64,000 nt of DNA from positions 310,001 to 374,000 of the forward strand of contig JALDTO010000158.1 in the NCBI GenBank assembly GCA_023515725.1. The letters are read 5' to 3'. Made by a program: the position numbers and the translations under genes. Numbering within the stretch: the first letter of the stretch is position 1; the number at the start of each line of letters is the position of its first letter. This DNA comes from Amoeboaphelidium protococcarum X5. Lineage: Eukaryota; Fungi; Aphelidiomycota. The notes under the pieces are model-generated. The model saw only the letters and a list, made by a program, of their open reading frames with translations. It was not told the DNA's origin and ran no database searches. Shown piece by piece: positions 27,420 through 39,879 of this stretch.

Positions 27420-28033
27420 GCAAAGTGAATGTGATGTACAAACTTCTACTCTTATGCTTTAATATCTCCCAGCAATGCATGTAACCGAAGCTCTTGTTAT
27501 TCTCCTCCAGTTTTTAATACAAATTCTTGGCTGCCAGCATTAGTTCCAGAGACGTTCATATTAACAACCTTGTCATAACATCCACTAAAAAAGAGGGACC
27601 GTTTTTGAACTATGCTACCATCTTGTGCTTATTGCATCAGACTTTCTTCCAGGGAAAGACTTTAATACTTCAGCAGTATGAGTTAAAACCAAGTTGGCTC
27701 TGAATGCACCACTCATTCGTCCCCCAGTATGTAATGCGTTTCTAATTAGCACCATCTTTTGAATTCTTGGTGGTGTTAAGCCAAGCCTTAGCAAGAGCGA
27801 TATCCTCAGCTTCACACCATGCTCGTCTTTTTACAATGAACTCTGCTTGAGTAGTTGTTTTGTGTGAAGAGAAAGAGAGAGCGATCGCTAAACGGTCGAT
27901 TATGAAAAACGCCGGCTTTAACAGTAACATTTACGAGCTCTTAAATGGCTGCCGGTGGAGATCGTTTTTCGATCATAATATTGTTTATAATATGGGAAAA
28001 AGTCCTTTAAATATCCACCGGCGGAGATGCTCT
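27420..28033 (-). mobile_element. PIF/Harbinger DNA transposon remnant (Myb/SANT-like ORF1 plus one TIR)
   Basis: RRAWCEAEDIALAKAWLNTTK..GANQK..YW, R..DAISTRW and FGYMHCWEILK are spread over shifted frames. The terminus AGAGCATCTCC (28023-28033, minus) matches the Harbinger/Tourist TIR start. Confidence 0.7.
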
Positions 28034-28682
28034 ACATCGCGACTTCGATCGATTGAGATCAATTACGGAGTGGCTTGTCGTTAATAGCCTGCGTGTAGGA
28101 ATCTGAACAAGAGAACTGCCAACTATTGAGTATATTTGCTTCACTTTCAAGATTCAAGTCGCAAACGCCACTTTTGATTAATACAGCAGTCGATCAAGTC
28201 GTGGCGGAGTACAGCCACCCGCCTCCAACACTGTAGCAATGTCAGTTCATTTTTTTGTAAGGCTGCAACATCGAAAACGTAAACAGTTAGTAGAGCACGG
28301 ATCTGTGACAGATTTATAGGGAACAACCTTAACCCCTTTTGATCATATTTATTCATATTCAAAACTCACCCTTAAATCTGAACTTCTATTTTGAAGTCCG
28401 CACTGGCTTAAAAGTACAATGTTGGTCATTCTGAATAAGTATAATAAGACTTTTAAGTAGTTGTTAATGGATCTCCATCTGCGTATAAGCTTTTTATATA
28501 TTCGCCCAATAAGGCTATGATAATTTGCTGAACCTTGATGAATCACCAAGATCATCTATTTTGTGGTTGAGCCGGTTAGTTCTAAATTTTGATTTTACTC
28601 TACCTACCTTAAAGTAAAGTTATATGGCTGTAGGAAACGCTGTGAAAGATCTTCAACTGGTGCATGTTTGGTTATTAAGCGT

Positions 28683-29315
28683 ATGGAATTAAGTAATGGA
28701 ATTCTAGAAGCATCTATAAAAAGTGTTAGCAGTGAAATATACTCGTACTCTGGGTCTCTGTTATTTACCAACTTGCAGTTTATTGTGATGGAGAAAGGCT
28801 GGAAACTCCTTCTCCTGAGTCCTTACTATATTGCAAAAAAGTTGGCTGTATATAATCCTCAGTTCATCGTCATCCGCAAGAAGCACAAGGAAGCTTTTGT
28901 GACGTTGAACTCTCGCGCTAATGCCGAATAGTTGGTACAAGATGCTTTGGTGCGCAGAATCTTTGGAGAGTGCGTGCAAATCTCTTACGCGTCGAACTAT
29001 GGCCTGGGTGCCAGATGCATCGCTTCTTACAATAACGAAGTTGAAAGAAGGTCTGGAGTTTACAAGGTCTGCGCGACGAATGTATTGCGGGACTCTAATC
29101 CCACTTTCAGGATCTGGGCGGCGCGAGAAGTTGGTAGATCCGGCTTAGAGCCACTGTTCCGCAATGCAAGCTAACATTTGACGCGGCGGTAGTTGTCTCT
29201 GGCCCGTGAATTTGGTGATCTGTGGCTTGGTGGTTTAATTATTGAAGAACCATACAAGCCAAGTAGTGAAAAAAAAGTAGGATATAAGCGGAAGGCTATT
29301 TAAGAGTTTGTATGA
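28683..29315 (+). CDS. Hypothetical protein with divergent RRM-like segment, 210 aa
   Basis: Table-6 ORF; KEAFVTLNSRANAEQLV..IFGECVQISYA resembles RNP1, helix and beta4 of an RRM. Confidence 0.45.
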
Positions 29316-29468
29316 TAAAAAAGCAAGCACCTCGATAATGGAATATTAAATAAAACTAATTTAGTATATATTCTAATCGAAACGATCATTCAATCACTTC
29401 TTTAACAACACTTTGCAGGGACACAAAACATTCATCATCAACCATTGATCATAAGCACTTTTCTGCCT

Positions 29469-32400
29469 TCACATGAAATACATCACTTTGCTCAGCTCTG
29501 GTTTAACAGGAACGAGGGAGTTGGACAGAATCTTGGCCATATGCGCATCCATTTCAGACTAGGATGAGCGCTGATTTTACTACTTGGCAGCATCTGGATC
29601 TTGCACCTTCTCCAAACTAGAAGAAGATCTTTCTCTCAGCGATTGCTACTATTGCAGATTCAATTGATCACCACCACTATGAGAACTCCCATTTGTTGGT
29701 CCACCTTGTGCAAAAGACTACTAGCTACTCAGATTCTGCTGGCCACGCATATGATACCGGGCGCGTTAAGCCAGCAGATCAGCGTAATAAACGCAAGGAA
29801 CTAATGACACGCTGCGGGTGCAGCGACAGTAAGTGTAGCTGAGACGATAAGTTAGTTCATGGATTAAATCCGGAGTGAACTTATTTTCATCATGCAGCAC
29901 ACGGTAATGAGTTGGTCTAGAAGTACCTTGAAGGCCAGCGTGCGAGCACAGGTAGAAATCGTATTCATTAGGATGAGTGATGTGAGAATCAATCACCGTA
30001 CCTGCAGGAATATTACCAGATTTATCAGCATCTTTAGGATTTGTGGTGAATACGCGCGTATGGTGTCGCTTCTAAACCACAACATACGTAATCTGAGGTT
30101 TGTATCCTGGCTCCAGTGCCTCACAAGCCTCTCTGATCAACTGCACCTCCTTAAGCGTCACCTCGTGAGCCTGACTATCACTAACACCATCCCTATAGAA
30201 TAAGATGCGCTGCGGGGCGATGCTGCCATTCTCCAGGTAAAACTCTTTCAACAGTTCCTGCATCATTGAGGCCAGATCCAAAATAATCTCCTTTCTAGCA
30301 GGCTAAAGTCTCACAGATGCAGAATACCTACTAGCCAGTCGGTCAAGACTGCCAACAAGCGCACACACACTACCACTAGTCTTACTCTCGCCATGAGCAG
30401 GATGAGTCAAATCAGCACCGACAATCATTGTGGACACATCAGACACCCAAGGAAGACCTTCATCGCCTTTGATCATTGGATTCTTGACAATAAAAGTGTT
30501 GACACCACCGAGCTTGGCATTGATTTTCAGACAAACATTGGCGCAATACTGCTTCTTTGGCTATAAGGTGTGCTTCACCTGAATGCACTGAGTGGGTACA
30601 CCAAGAATAGTGTCGCCAACGCGTTTAATGTCAGAGTACAGATTGACGCCAGTGTTGGGTAGAATGCAAACAATGAGCTGGGGATACGCCTGAACAGCTT
30701 CTCCGGCAGCATTCCAAGCAGCCTACATTATTGCCTCAATATTACCTGAAGGATCTCCGTACAGAGCAGGTGGATTCGGATTCGTAATCATTAGACCAGT
30801 ATCACGGCAGGTGGTAATCATCTCGCGGAGGAACAAGTCAATCTTACCTTGTGGCATATCTGAAGGAGTGCCAAAGCAGACAATACTCCAAGAGTGCAGA
30901 GTCGCAGGCTAAACAACCTTCTTATCACGCAAATTCCAGGAGCCATCACGCGGAGTTATCAACGGGTCTCTACTAGTCGGATGATACTAGAGTGTAGGAG
31001 GTTCCAGGACACGAGCAGGCACAGTCATCATTTCACTGGACAGCTTTATTCCATACTTGGAGAAAAATTTGGCATCTTCAGAATTGAGTAGCTTCTAGCC
31101 AGCAGTTGATTATGCTGGCTTAGACTTTGTCGCTGCACCTCCACCACTACCATAACGGCCACCGCCACCAACACTTTACTCTGATATTCCCATCTCCTCC
31201 AGAGATTGTGAAATCTTTACGGCACGTCGCTCTGGATTCTGACACGTCAACTTGATCATCTATGCAGTCTGAGTCTCGTTCAATTTGCGCATGTATCTCT
31301 GACCTGGCACAATATCACAGCACTCCAGTGGTAGATATACATGATTTGAACCATTCCCAACGCGTACACAAGGCAATTAAGGATACTTGAGATTGACAGA
31401 GTACTGAGAGGCAAAATACTCAGCGACAGATATCGATCTGGATGTTGCAACGCCATCTTTATTATCTTGGCTCACGTTCTCTGCAAAGTCAAAGTACGTC
31501 GAATCAGCGGCAGTCCTAGTCAATCCTTAAATTCTGTATCTTCTTCTCATCTCACCGCGATGATTGACAGCAATCTTGATACCGCGAACCATTCGATCAG
31601 CTTTCTCAAACTCTCTCTGTCTCAAAGTCATCCTGGCAAAGTCATCAACATTCTTCTTACCGAAAAGGCGTGCAACGAAAACCAACAGTGGACCCGGTTC
31701 ATAGAATGCAGTGGCACTAATATCGATATTCAACATCATCTTGCCTCTACCAGCAACAATGCCTTAGTGGTAACCAAGCCAGCATTCAGTACCATCACCA
31801 AGCGGTCTTACTTCATTGCGAGAGAAGAACGAGCGCCCGATAGAAGTCAAGAGCATAGATGGCCTGTATCTCATCAAAGTGTCCAAAGCACGCAATGCTG
31901 GCAAAGAAGATACATCAGAGTTCTCAGATGAAGGAGACAATGCAATAGCTTTCTTGCTGGTATTACCATCAACGAATGAGGACAGCTCGGTCATATCGAT
32001 TTTCCCCTAAGATTCCAAAGTGATGGTAATCTTTCGATGGTAAGTGTCTTTGAACGCGTCTTCACTAAAGGATACCGACTCAAACTTAATCGGATTTTCA
32101 TCAACCATAAAAATGTCAAATGAAACGCTAACATCAGTCTTTTGAACGCTATCACCCAAAAATGATGCCAGTTCATCCAGCTCAATTTCAGCGCAACTGT
32201 ACACAGTCTGTCTGCCATCGTAAATAAGATTCTTCAACACATCCTGCAATCCAGATGACAACTTGACACCACCATCAGCCTTGGTCTAAAAAATCATCCT
32301 GATCGTCGCCTCAAATACTTTTCTACTCAAATTAGGAGGCAGTGTCGGTTCAGTGATGCAACAATATTAATGAATGTCACCACCCGGAATCGTAATAAAC

Positions 32401-33761
32401 TCAAAAAAATTGACTTTAGTCTTGATCTTGCGGCCTTTCACACCAAATCCAGGTCTTGTAGGATGAAGGCTATCAGAATCCTAGGACTGCAATGACTTAT
32501 CACTGCTAATCTACTTACCGACCGGTGCCTACTGCTACTTTTCCAATTGCGGCTATGATGAGAAAGTGGATGAAATATTCAGCTGAGGTACACCAAAAGA
32601 TGATGAAGGTGTAATGGACGGGTTACTGCCAAACTGCACCTGTTACTGATGGATAGTGCTCAAGTTGATTCTTCCACTTCCAGGCCCGCCATATTAAGAG
32701 TCATGTCTCACGGCAGAGAAATCTGGAGTAACACCACTTGTTGTACGAGCCCCAGATGGACCAGAATCAATATTGCTCAGGGAAGTGTAACTAGAGGTCC
32801 CCAAAGGCGTAAAAGCAGACGCGGTACTATTCAGACCACTAATGTCACTTCCTTTACGCGACTGCTGCTGCTATAGCGGATTAGACTACAACTGCGCCTA
32901 GGATCCCAAATCACCACTGCCATACACCGGATCATCCTAAAACTATTGGAAATCCTGTTGTTGTGGTTAAGAAGGCTAGTTCCACAAAAATTGAACATTT
33001 TCCAATCGATTACGGCCTTGCTAATTGTTGAACGCAGGACGCTAACCAGGCATCTATTACTGCTACTACTGATACTGCTATTACATCTGAGGTTGATACA
33101 AAGCACGCTGACGATGAGACTGAGGACGTCCAGTGTTCAAAGAGCTCATAGCATGCTATTGCTACTACTAATCAAATGTCATTGCCTAATTAAATTATTA
33201 TTCCAATGATCCAGAGTACATTTGACCAGCATTCTGCACCATGGGATCACCAAATTACTACTATTACTACTGTCCTTGTGGATAATCCTGCGGCTGTGTT
33301 CCACTCTGACCATAAAATCCAGGAGCAGCAAACTATGCTTACTAATTACGACGCTACTGCTAGTACTACGGTCGATACGGAGGTCGATTACCACTCTGAT
33401 ACTGTTATTGACCATGTGGTTGATAAGGTGGACGATATTGATTGTACTGCTATTATCCCCCGCCACCGTGTTGCTACTAAAACTGCTACTGCTGATTGTA
33501 CGATCTTCCACCCTAATACTATTGTGGAATTTAAGATTACTCTTATTACGACGAACTACCATACAGACCAGCTGGATATGAAGAGGAGAAGATTTGCAAT
33601 TGAGGTCCTCGGCTTTGATTCACCGGTAATGGCTGATCACCTAATGGTTACGCCTACTGACGTCCATCGCTATAATAACTACCAACGCTTCCACTATTTC
33701 TTCGATTACTCTTGTCAGTACTATCACCACTGTTGTTATTACTATTACTATTATTATTCAT
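29469..33761 (-). CDS. Argonaute (N, PAZ, MID, PIWI) with a long Q/N/G/Y-rich N-terminal extension, 1430 aa
   Basis: [96 protein letters not shown]-terminal MYFM. Confidence 0.97.
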
Positions 33762-34664
33762 TTTGATTATTATATCACCCACCACTAATACTATTATTAC
33801 TGTCGTCTGAGATTAAAAAGATTGTGTTGCTTAGAGACACGATGCTATTATCAAATCTACACATAACCATTCACGATGCAAAAATATAAAAAGATCATTG
33901 AATATAAATACACAAGCGTACCTCACTGTATTGTATATCAAGCTGACTAGTATGTAGTAGATACTATTCAATTGCGTAAGATATATGAAAAGAGGAAAAC
34001 AGAAGCAAGTGGAAGGACAATGACCATTTTTAAATTACGACCGCGTGTGATTTGACGAATTGTCGTCGGCTGTGGACCAATCAGAATGGCGATCTTCATT
34101 TCGCCACTCAGAGCCGATCTTCTCGGGCATCGTCGTGCTTCCCTCCCTTTCATCGCCTTTACGTCATTTTATTCCGTGGGTAGACGACATTTCCCTTTTT
34201 TCCTCAAGTAGCGATTGCCCTGTTAGTTGAGATGAATTACTATATATTGTTTGTCTTGAAATGATGTAGTGCCACAGTACTGCCTATTAAAAATGACATG
34301 ACCAATTTTTATTGCATATTTAATAACCTCTTCTAAATTTATAACTTTAACAACAAAAAACTACGATCAAGCCATTATTATTGCTGTTTCAAATAAAAAT
34401 AGTAAAAAAGTCACGCAAAGGTGGCGCAACAAGAGAAATTGAATTTCTGACTGATTGCGATGGTGACGCTTCCGCCGTTGGATATTTCTTCCGGAGAGAC
34501 GCCCGCCCGACTGACTGAGTAAGTGCATGACCCGTTTCTCGTCAAACGCCTTTCAGTCCCATTGTTACAGCGACTGATTATTATTATCAATTGCAGTTTT
34601 AACTCATTCATTGATCGATAATAATAATAGTATATTTTAAATTGATTGATAAACATAAGAAATA

Positions 34665-36512
34665 ATGTCATTAAAGTAACATAGTAAGGAAGCAGATGAA
34701 TTGGATTTTCTGTGTCGAAAAATGAGTGATGTGAGAGTTAGACAGAGTGGAGGAGGTGTTGCAACTGATACTAACGGTGATGATGATGCGAGGCTGTAGT
34801 TGAGCGATTTATCCATAGAATAATTGGAAAAGATTAAAACATCATTGCAACATAGTAGTGAAGATAAAAGGAAGCAAGAGTTAATTTATCTGCGCAAGTT
34901 GTTGGCTCATGATGATATTTAGCCGTTTCTCGACAAGATTATTGCTGTGAATATTATTCCGCTCGTGTCTGATTTACTATCATGTGACTCTGATCCCGAG
35001 ACTTAATTTGAAGCGGCTTGGATATTAACTAATGTTGCTGCGGGCAACAATGGATAAACTAGAGCTGTAGTGAATTGTGGCACTATACCGAAACTGGTAA
35101 ACTTGGTTCAGATGAGTCCACATAAAGGGATACGCGAGCAGAGTGTCTGGTGTCTTGGCAATATCGCAGGTGATAGTATTGAGATGAGAAGTGCTGTATT
35201 GGATGCTGGTGCACTGTAACCGCTCGTAGATTTAATTGTCGAGGAGATGAACAGTTTTCTTGCTGCTGCGCCTTCCACGGCCCCTGATAGTCTCAGTTCT
35301 GTGACCAAGTCTGCGGCATTTGAAATTGATCAACCTCTCTCAAATCCGACCAGTCCTCGTAAAGATAGGCAATATACTTTGAATACACTTCGCATATGTA
35401 TTTGGGTATTGAGTAACTTTTGTCGTGGTAATGGGACGGCTACTATGGATTGGACATTGATTAATTATGCACTCCCTGTTCTGTCTCAGGTGTTAATGTG
35501 TTGCTCTCCCGACACTGTTAATTGTGACGATGAAGTATTAATGGATGCTTGCTGGGCCTTATCACGAACACTAAGAGGTATCCATGAGGATTATGAGCAG
35601 GTTATTGTGGATGTGAATTTATGTCGAAAGATTGGATAGCTGTGTACCTATTCGAATAGTTAGGTGCAAGTACCAGCTCTTAGATGCCTCATCAATATAG
35701 TTAGTGGAAGTGATGTGTAGACTCAGCAAGTTATAGATGCTGGTGTTCTGCCTAGGCTATTACATTTGCTCCAATATCCCAAGAATGATACAGTAATGAA
35801 GGAGACATGCCTCATAATATCAAACATAACAGCTGGCACAGAATCTCAGGTGAATGCCGTTATGAGTGAGCAGAATGGTCTCATAATCAGTAAGCTCATC
35901 GATATTGTGAGTAACGCAGATTACAGAATCAAGAGAGAAGCATGTTGGGCGTTGTGTAACGCCTGCTTGAATTAAGAATATAGTCAGATCAGCTTCCTTG
36001 TCTAAGAGGGTATGTTGCCGCCATTAGCTTAAATGATATCGCACTCAATCACCGGGGGTAATGATGATCGAATTGTATTAAAGGTGTTGGAGGCCATAAA
36101 AAATATTCTGGTATGTGGAGACGCGTATGTGGCGGCTCATAGTGGCAGTCAGGTTGACTAGCAAGCTTTTGCACAAATTCTAGATGGTATGAAGATTGCG
36201 GAGGATAAGAATGATTCGCCTGATTCTGCGTACACGTCCAACTCAAGTCTAGGCGGAGGAATAGCATTGACTCATGGTGTTACGTCTCTGGGATTACAGA
36301 ATCCTTTTGCTTTAGTCATGCAGCAGAAAGTCTCAATCCCGAATGATCCTCTTATTCAATCCAGCTCTTCTTTACCTGCCCACTCTATCGTGGATCTGAT
36401 ATGGCGACTTTATGAAGATGTTGCACATGGCAAAAGAGATAAGCAGAAACAGATATCTCATGAAATTGCTTCTATCTCCAACTTTATCAACTCCAAATGG
36501 TTTAGCATTTGA
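34665..36512 (+). CDS. Importin-alpha-like ARM-repeat protein, 615 aa
   Basis: QFEAAWILTNVAAG, IREQSVWCLGNIAGDS, WVLSNFCRG, DACWALS, KETCLIISNITAG, KREACWALCN. Confidence 0.88.
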
Positions 36513-36903
36513 ACCGAGACGGCGCGAAGCTGGTAAGTGTAAATGAATATGAAAAGACTATTAAACTTGAGCTTGCTATAGATTGAATGATTGGATCTTG
36601 CTTGATTTTAATCTTGAACTGTCTCCCCCATCTCATTTGATCATAGATTGTGCAGTATCCAACATTGATATTTAAAGCAGCTTCTTTACATCAAATACAG
36701 GCCTAGAACTAATAGTGACGTCATAGCTATGGCATTGGAGGAACGCGCGTTTCAGATTTTTGAAACAGAGGGAGACAAACAATCGAACAATGCACAAAGC
36801 GGAAAGTTGAGCTCCCACTTACTCTTATCCTCCTGGCTCTACACATTTATGAAAAAAAATGTATATTGCTGGAGATTTGCGCACGGAAACTAGTTATACA
36901 GAT

Positions 36904-37929
36904 ATGACTACAACCACAACTATTGACACATTTGATAAAATGAATTTGTTTGGCGCCGCCGCTTAGGCCAGAGTCTGCTATGGTGCTGCTGCTTGCTGGG
37001 CGTTCCGGAAGGCTCCACCTCCACCTCCTCCACTTATAACCTCCACATCCACCTCCACTATTCCCGGAACCCCTCGAGTACGCAGCAAGTAGCGTGGTCT
37101 TAGTAGCTTAGCATATGCTTCTCCGCCTCCCAGACATGTGCTGAACTTTGTGTCAGTGACGGGAGTGCTGTCCATGAGAGTATGCGAAGCAAACAGCCAA
37201 GACTTTGGGGCGAAAGTGGCTTCACTTGGTAAGACCTCTGCTGACTCGTCCTCTGCTGCCTCTGCAACGCCTGCTGCTGAAGAAGATTCGTCCTCTGCTG
37301 CTGCTGCCTCTGGACCTGAATCTGAAGCTGCTCCTACCGTTATTCTGCGGCCAGGTATCTCACTAGCGAAACCAAAATCTCGATGGTTTGAGACTGGCCG
37401 GCTTCCTGTGCCTTGTTCTAATCCGGGTATCTAAATGGAGGGATACCGCTACGCTGCGCTTAGGAGAGTGAGACTGTTTGAGCCTATCGGTGAATCTGAC
37501 TAGGCTGGTGCATTTCATTACGCCATGAAGCGTGGTGAGGCTGGTTATTCAATCAACGGACACACTGATTAGATGATACGCAGGCAAGCAGCAGAAAAAT
37601 GGTAGAGCGCGCTGATGACGAAGGAGGGTCGACGCTGCTTTTCCCGAGTATGGCATTCTGTCACACCTGATAACCTGGAAGACTTTGACATCCTCCGTGA
37701 TGCAAAGCCTGAAAGGGTATCAAAGGAGGCGCTTGCTCGTGGGAAAGTAAGGAAGAAGATACCGATGATACATGGTAAGACAGTATTTACACGTCGAGCT
37801 AGAGTCAAGGTTCCTCTCTTGTAAGCTGCGCAGTATGCAACGATGAGCTTCTTCACTAGGCGTTGCAGAGCTGGTAAGTCGAGTAAGCGTTGGTCTGCCT
37901 TGTGGGAAAAGTTTTAGAAGTTGGCCTGA
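36904..37929 (+). CDS. Orphan hypothetical protein, 341 aa (P/S/A-rich middle, basic C-terminal half)
   Basis: ATG 36904 to TGA 37927-37929 is open in table 6 and joins two supplied ORFs; a GTAAGT..TGTAG intron-like segment (37935-37993) follows the stop. Confidence 0.55.
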
Positions 37930-38174
37930 TCAGAGTAAGTTTTATAGAGTGTTTTGACAATGTCTCATAGTTTTATTAAGTATGTTTGTGTAGGTACGAA
38001 AGTAATCTGGTTGGCCACTGCTAATGTTGACGGGAGCGATACAGCAACTACTACGACGACAACCACAGCTATAACACAACAACAAACGTAGTATAATATA
38101 TTAAAAAATACAAAAATACAAAAAAAAAGACCAATGGTCATGTTTGTATCTGACCTGTCATCTGTAGAATGTAG

Positions 38175-38406
38175 GTACTTTAGCTGCGGCTTTGATATTG
38201 CGATAACTGACTGGTTTAGGATGATACTGGCTTATATGGTCCTGAATTTGCTGAATGTCGATTGATTAACAAGGCTTTTACTGCTGAAACAAGGTGGATT
38301 GAGTGATACCTTATCAACATAATTCGGATGTTCCTCGTCGGTGATAAAGTGATGATGTAAGAAGGATTAATGCTTACCAAATACGTAACAAGGCCCGCAG
38401 CTAAAG
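38175..38406 (+). ncRNA. Candidate structured non-coding RNA, family unknown
   Basis: A roughly 22-bp terminal stem (38178-38202 with 38384-38406, 12 bp perfect) encloses at least three hairpins. G-U pairs favour the + strand. Confidence 0.4.
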
Positions 38407-39109
38407 GTAAGCTATCAGTTACTTAGTTTGTACTAACCTTACAATGTTTCTAATAATCTCATATGTGTATGTGAAATGTTCGCTGGCTCTTAATCGGACA
38501 AGTTGTATTACTCTGCATTTGGATCTTGCTATAATGCTTGTTCTGTTAATCTGCTCAATTGACTATGCTCTTAATTGGTACCATTGCTCGGAACTTCTCC
38601 TCTTCTAACGGTCCTCTGCTGTCTATCTCCGTCGTCTTTCCGACTATATCTTCTCCTCCTGGTATATCTCTCTAAATAATAAACGCAAGACTGCCTCCTC
38701 CGTGCTATATCAATGTAATGTGGTTGTATTATTCTCATCTGATAGGTGATCGATCTCTGGTCAAACTTCTGTGTACGCGTGGGTGATATAATCAACATGT
38801 GATTCTCTTTTTCTTTAAATACTTATAATGGCCACTTTCTATCGCAATTTTAATAATAAAGACTTCTGCCCATCACTCACCTAATCTAACTATGCCTTAC
38901 ACAGGCCCACAGTAACTTCTTGTTGGTGATCTGTGATTGGTCAGCTCGTTTCTTTTGATTACGTAAGCAGAGACGCGCTTCGGTCGGTTGATGAAAATTT
39001 CTCTTTCGATCTTTCCTGCTTTGAATCTTCTGATTGAACGTCGCTGACTGATTTCATTCACTATCTATCCTTAATAACCCCAGAAAGACTAACGAAATTT
39101 AGATTAAAA

Positions 39110-39769
39110 ATGGGTCGCCGTCCTGGACGTTGTTATCGTTACTGTAAGAATAAGCCTTACCCAAAATCTCGCTTCTGTCGCGGTGTGCCAGACCCGAAGC
39201 TGCGTATTTACGACTTGGGAAAGAAGAAGGCATCGGTTGATGAATTCCCTCTGACTATCCACTTGGTGTCTGATGAGCGTGAGCAATTGTCTTCCGAGGC
39301 TTTGGAAGCTGGACGTATCGCATGTAACAAATACATTACCAGAATGTCTGGTAAGGACGCCTTCCACATGCGTATTCGTGTGCACCCATTCCACGTGCTG
39401 AGAATCAACAAAATGTTGTCCTGTGCAGGTGCGGATAGATTGCAGACTGGTATGCGTGGTGCTTACGGTAAGCCGTACGGTAAGGTGGCGCGTGTTGACA
39501 TTGGACAGATTATCTTTAGTGTGCGTACTAAGGACAACAACAAGGCTACTGTCATTGAGGCTATGCGCAGAGCTACATTCAAGTTTCCTGGCAGATAAAA
39601 GATCATCATCTCGCGCAAGTGGGGATTCACTCCGCTGGATCGTGAGGAGTACATTGTTAAGCGTCAGGAAGGTAAGCTGATGCCTGATGGTGCCTATGTC
39701 AAGATGTTGAACGATCGTGGTCCACTAAGCAGCTGGAAGCGTCGTGTCGAGCGTGAGGTATAAGCATGA
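39110..39769 (+). CDS. RPL10: 60S ribosomal protein L10 (uL16), 219 aa
   Basis: [28 protein letters not shown]..; conserved FPGRQKI has its Gln encoded by TAA (39596-39598); TGA 39767-39769. Confidence 0.98.
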
Positions 39770-39879
39770 GTGTCTACTTACTGATTATAAACTTACGTAT
39801 TTACACAATATTTTAATCTCTTTTTTATTTCAATTTTATTCTTATAATACAGTACATGGTTTCTTGATTCTGAAGCATT

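Noticed and set aside
32831-33766. Several overlapping supplied ORFs around 32.8-33.8 kb
   Set aside because: They are alternative-frame or antisense readings of the low-complexity Argonaute N-terminus
38103-38128. AAAAATACAAAAATACAAAAAAAAA as an Alu/retroposon linker or poly-A tail
   Set aside because: No flanking SINE body, RT ORF or target-site duplication was seen
38214-38290. Box C/D snoRNA (AGGATGA...CTGA with a short terminal stem)
   Set aside because: The C box is imperfect and I could not match either guide segment to rRNA or snRNA; kept only as part of the unassigned ncRNA candidate
38415-38798. Minus-strand 127-codon table-6 ORF divergent from RPL10
   Set aside because: It has no recognisable motif, and ORFs of this length arise by chance when only TGA stops; not called as a CDS
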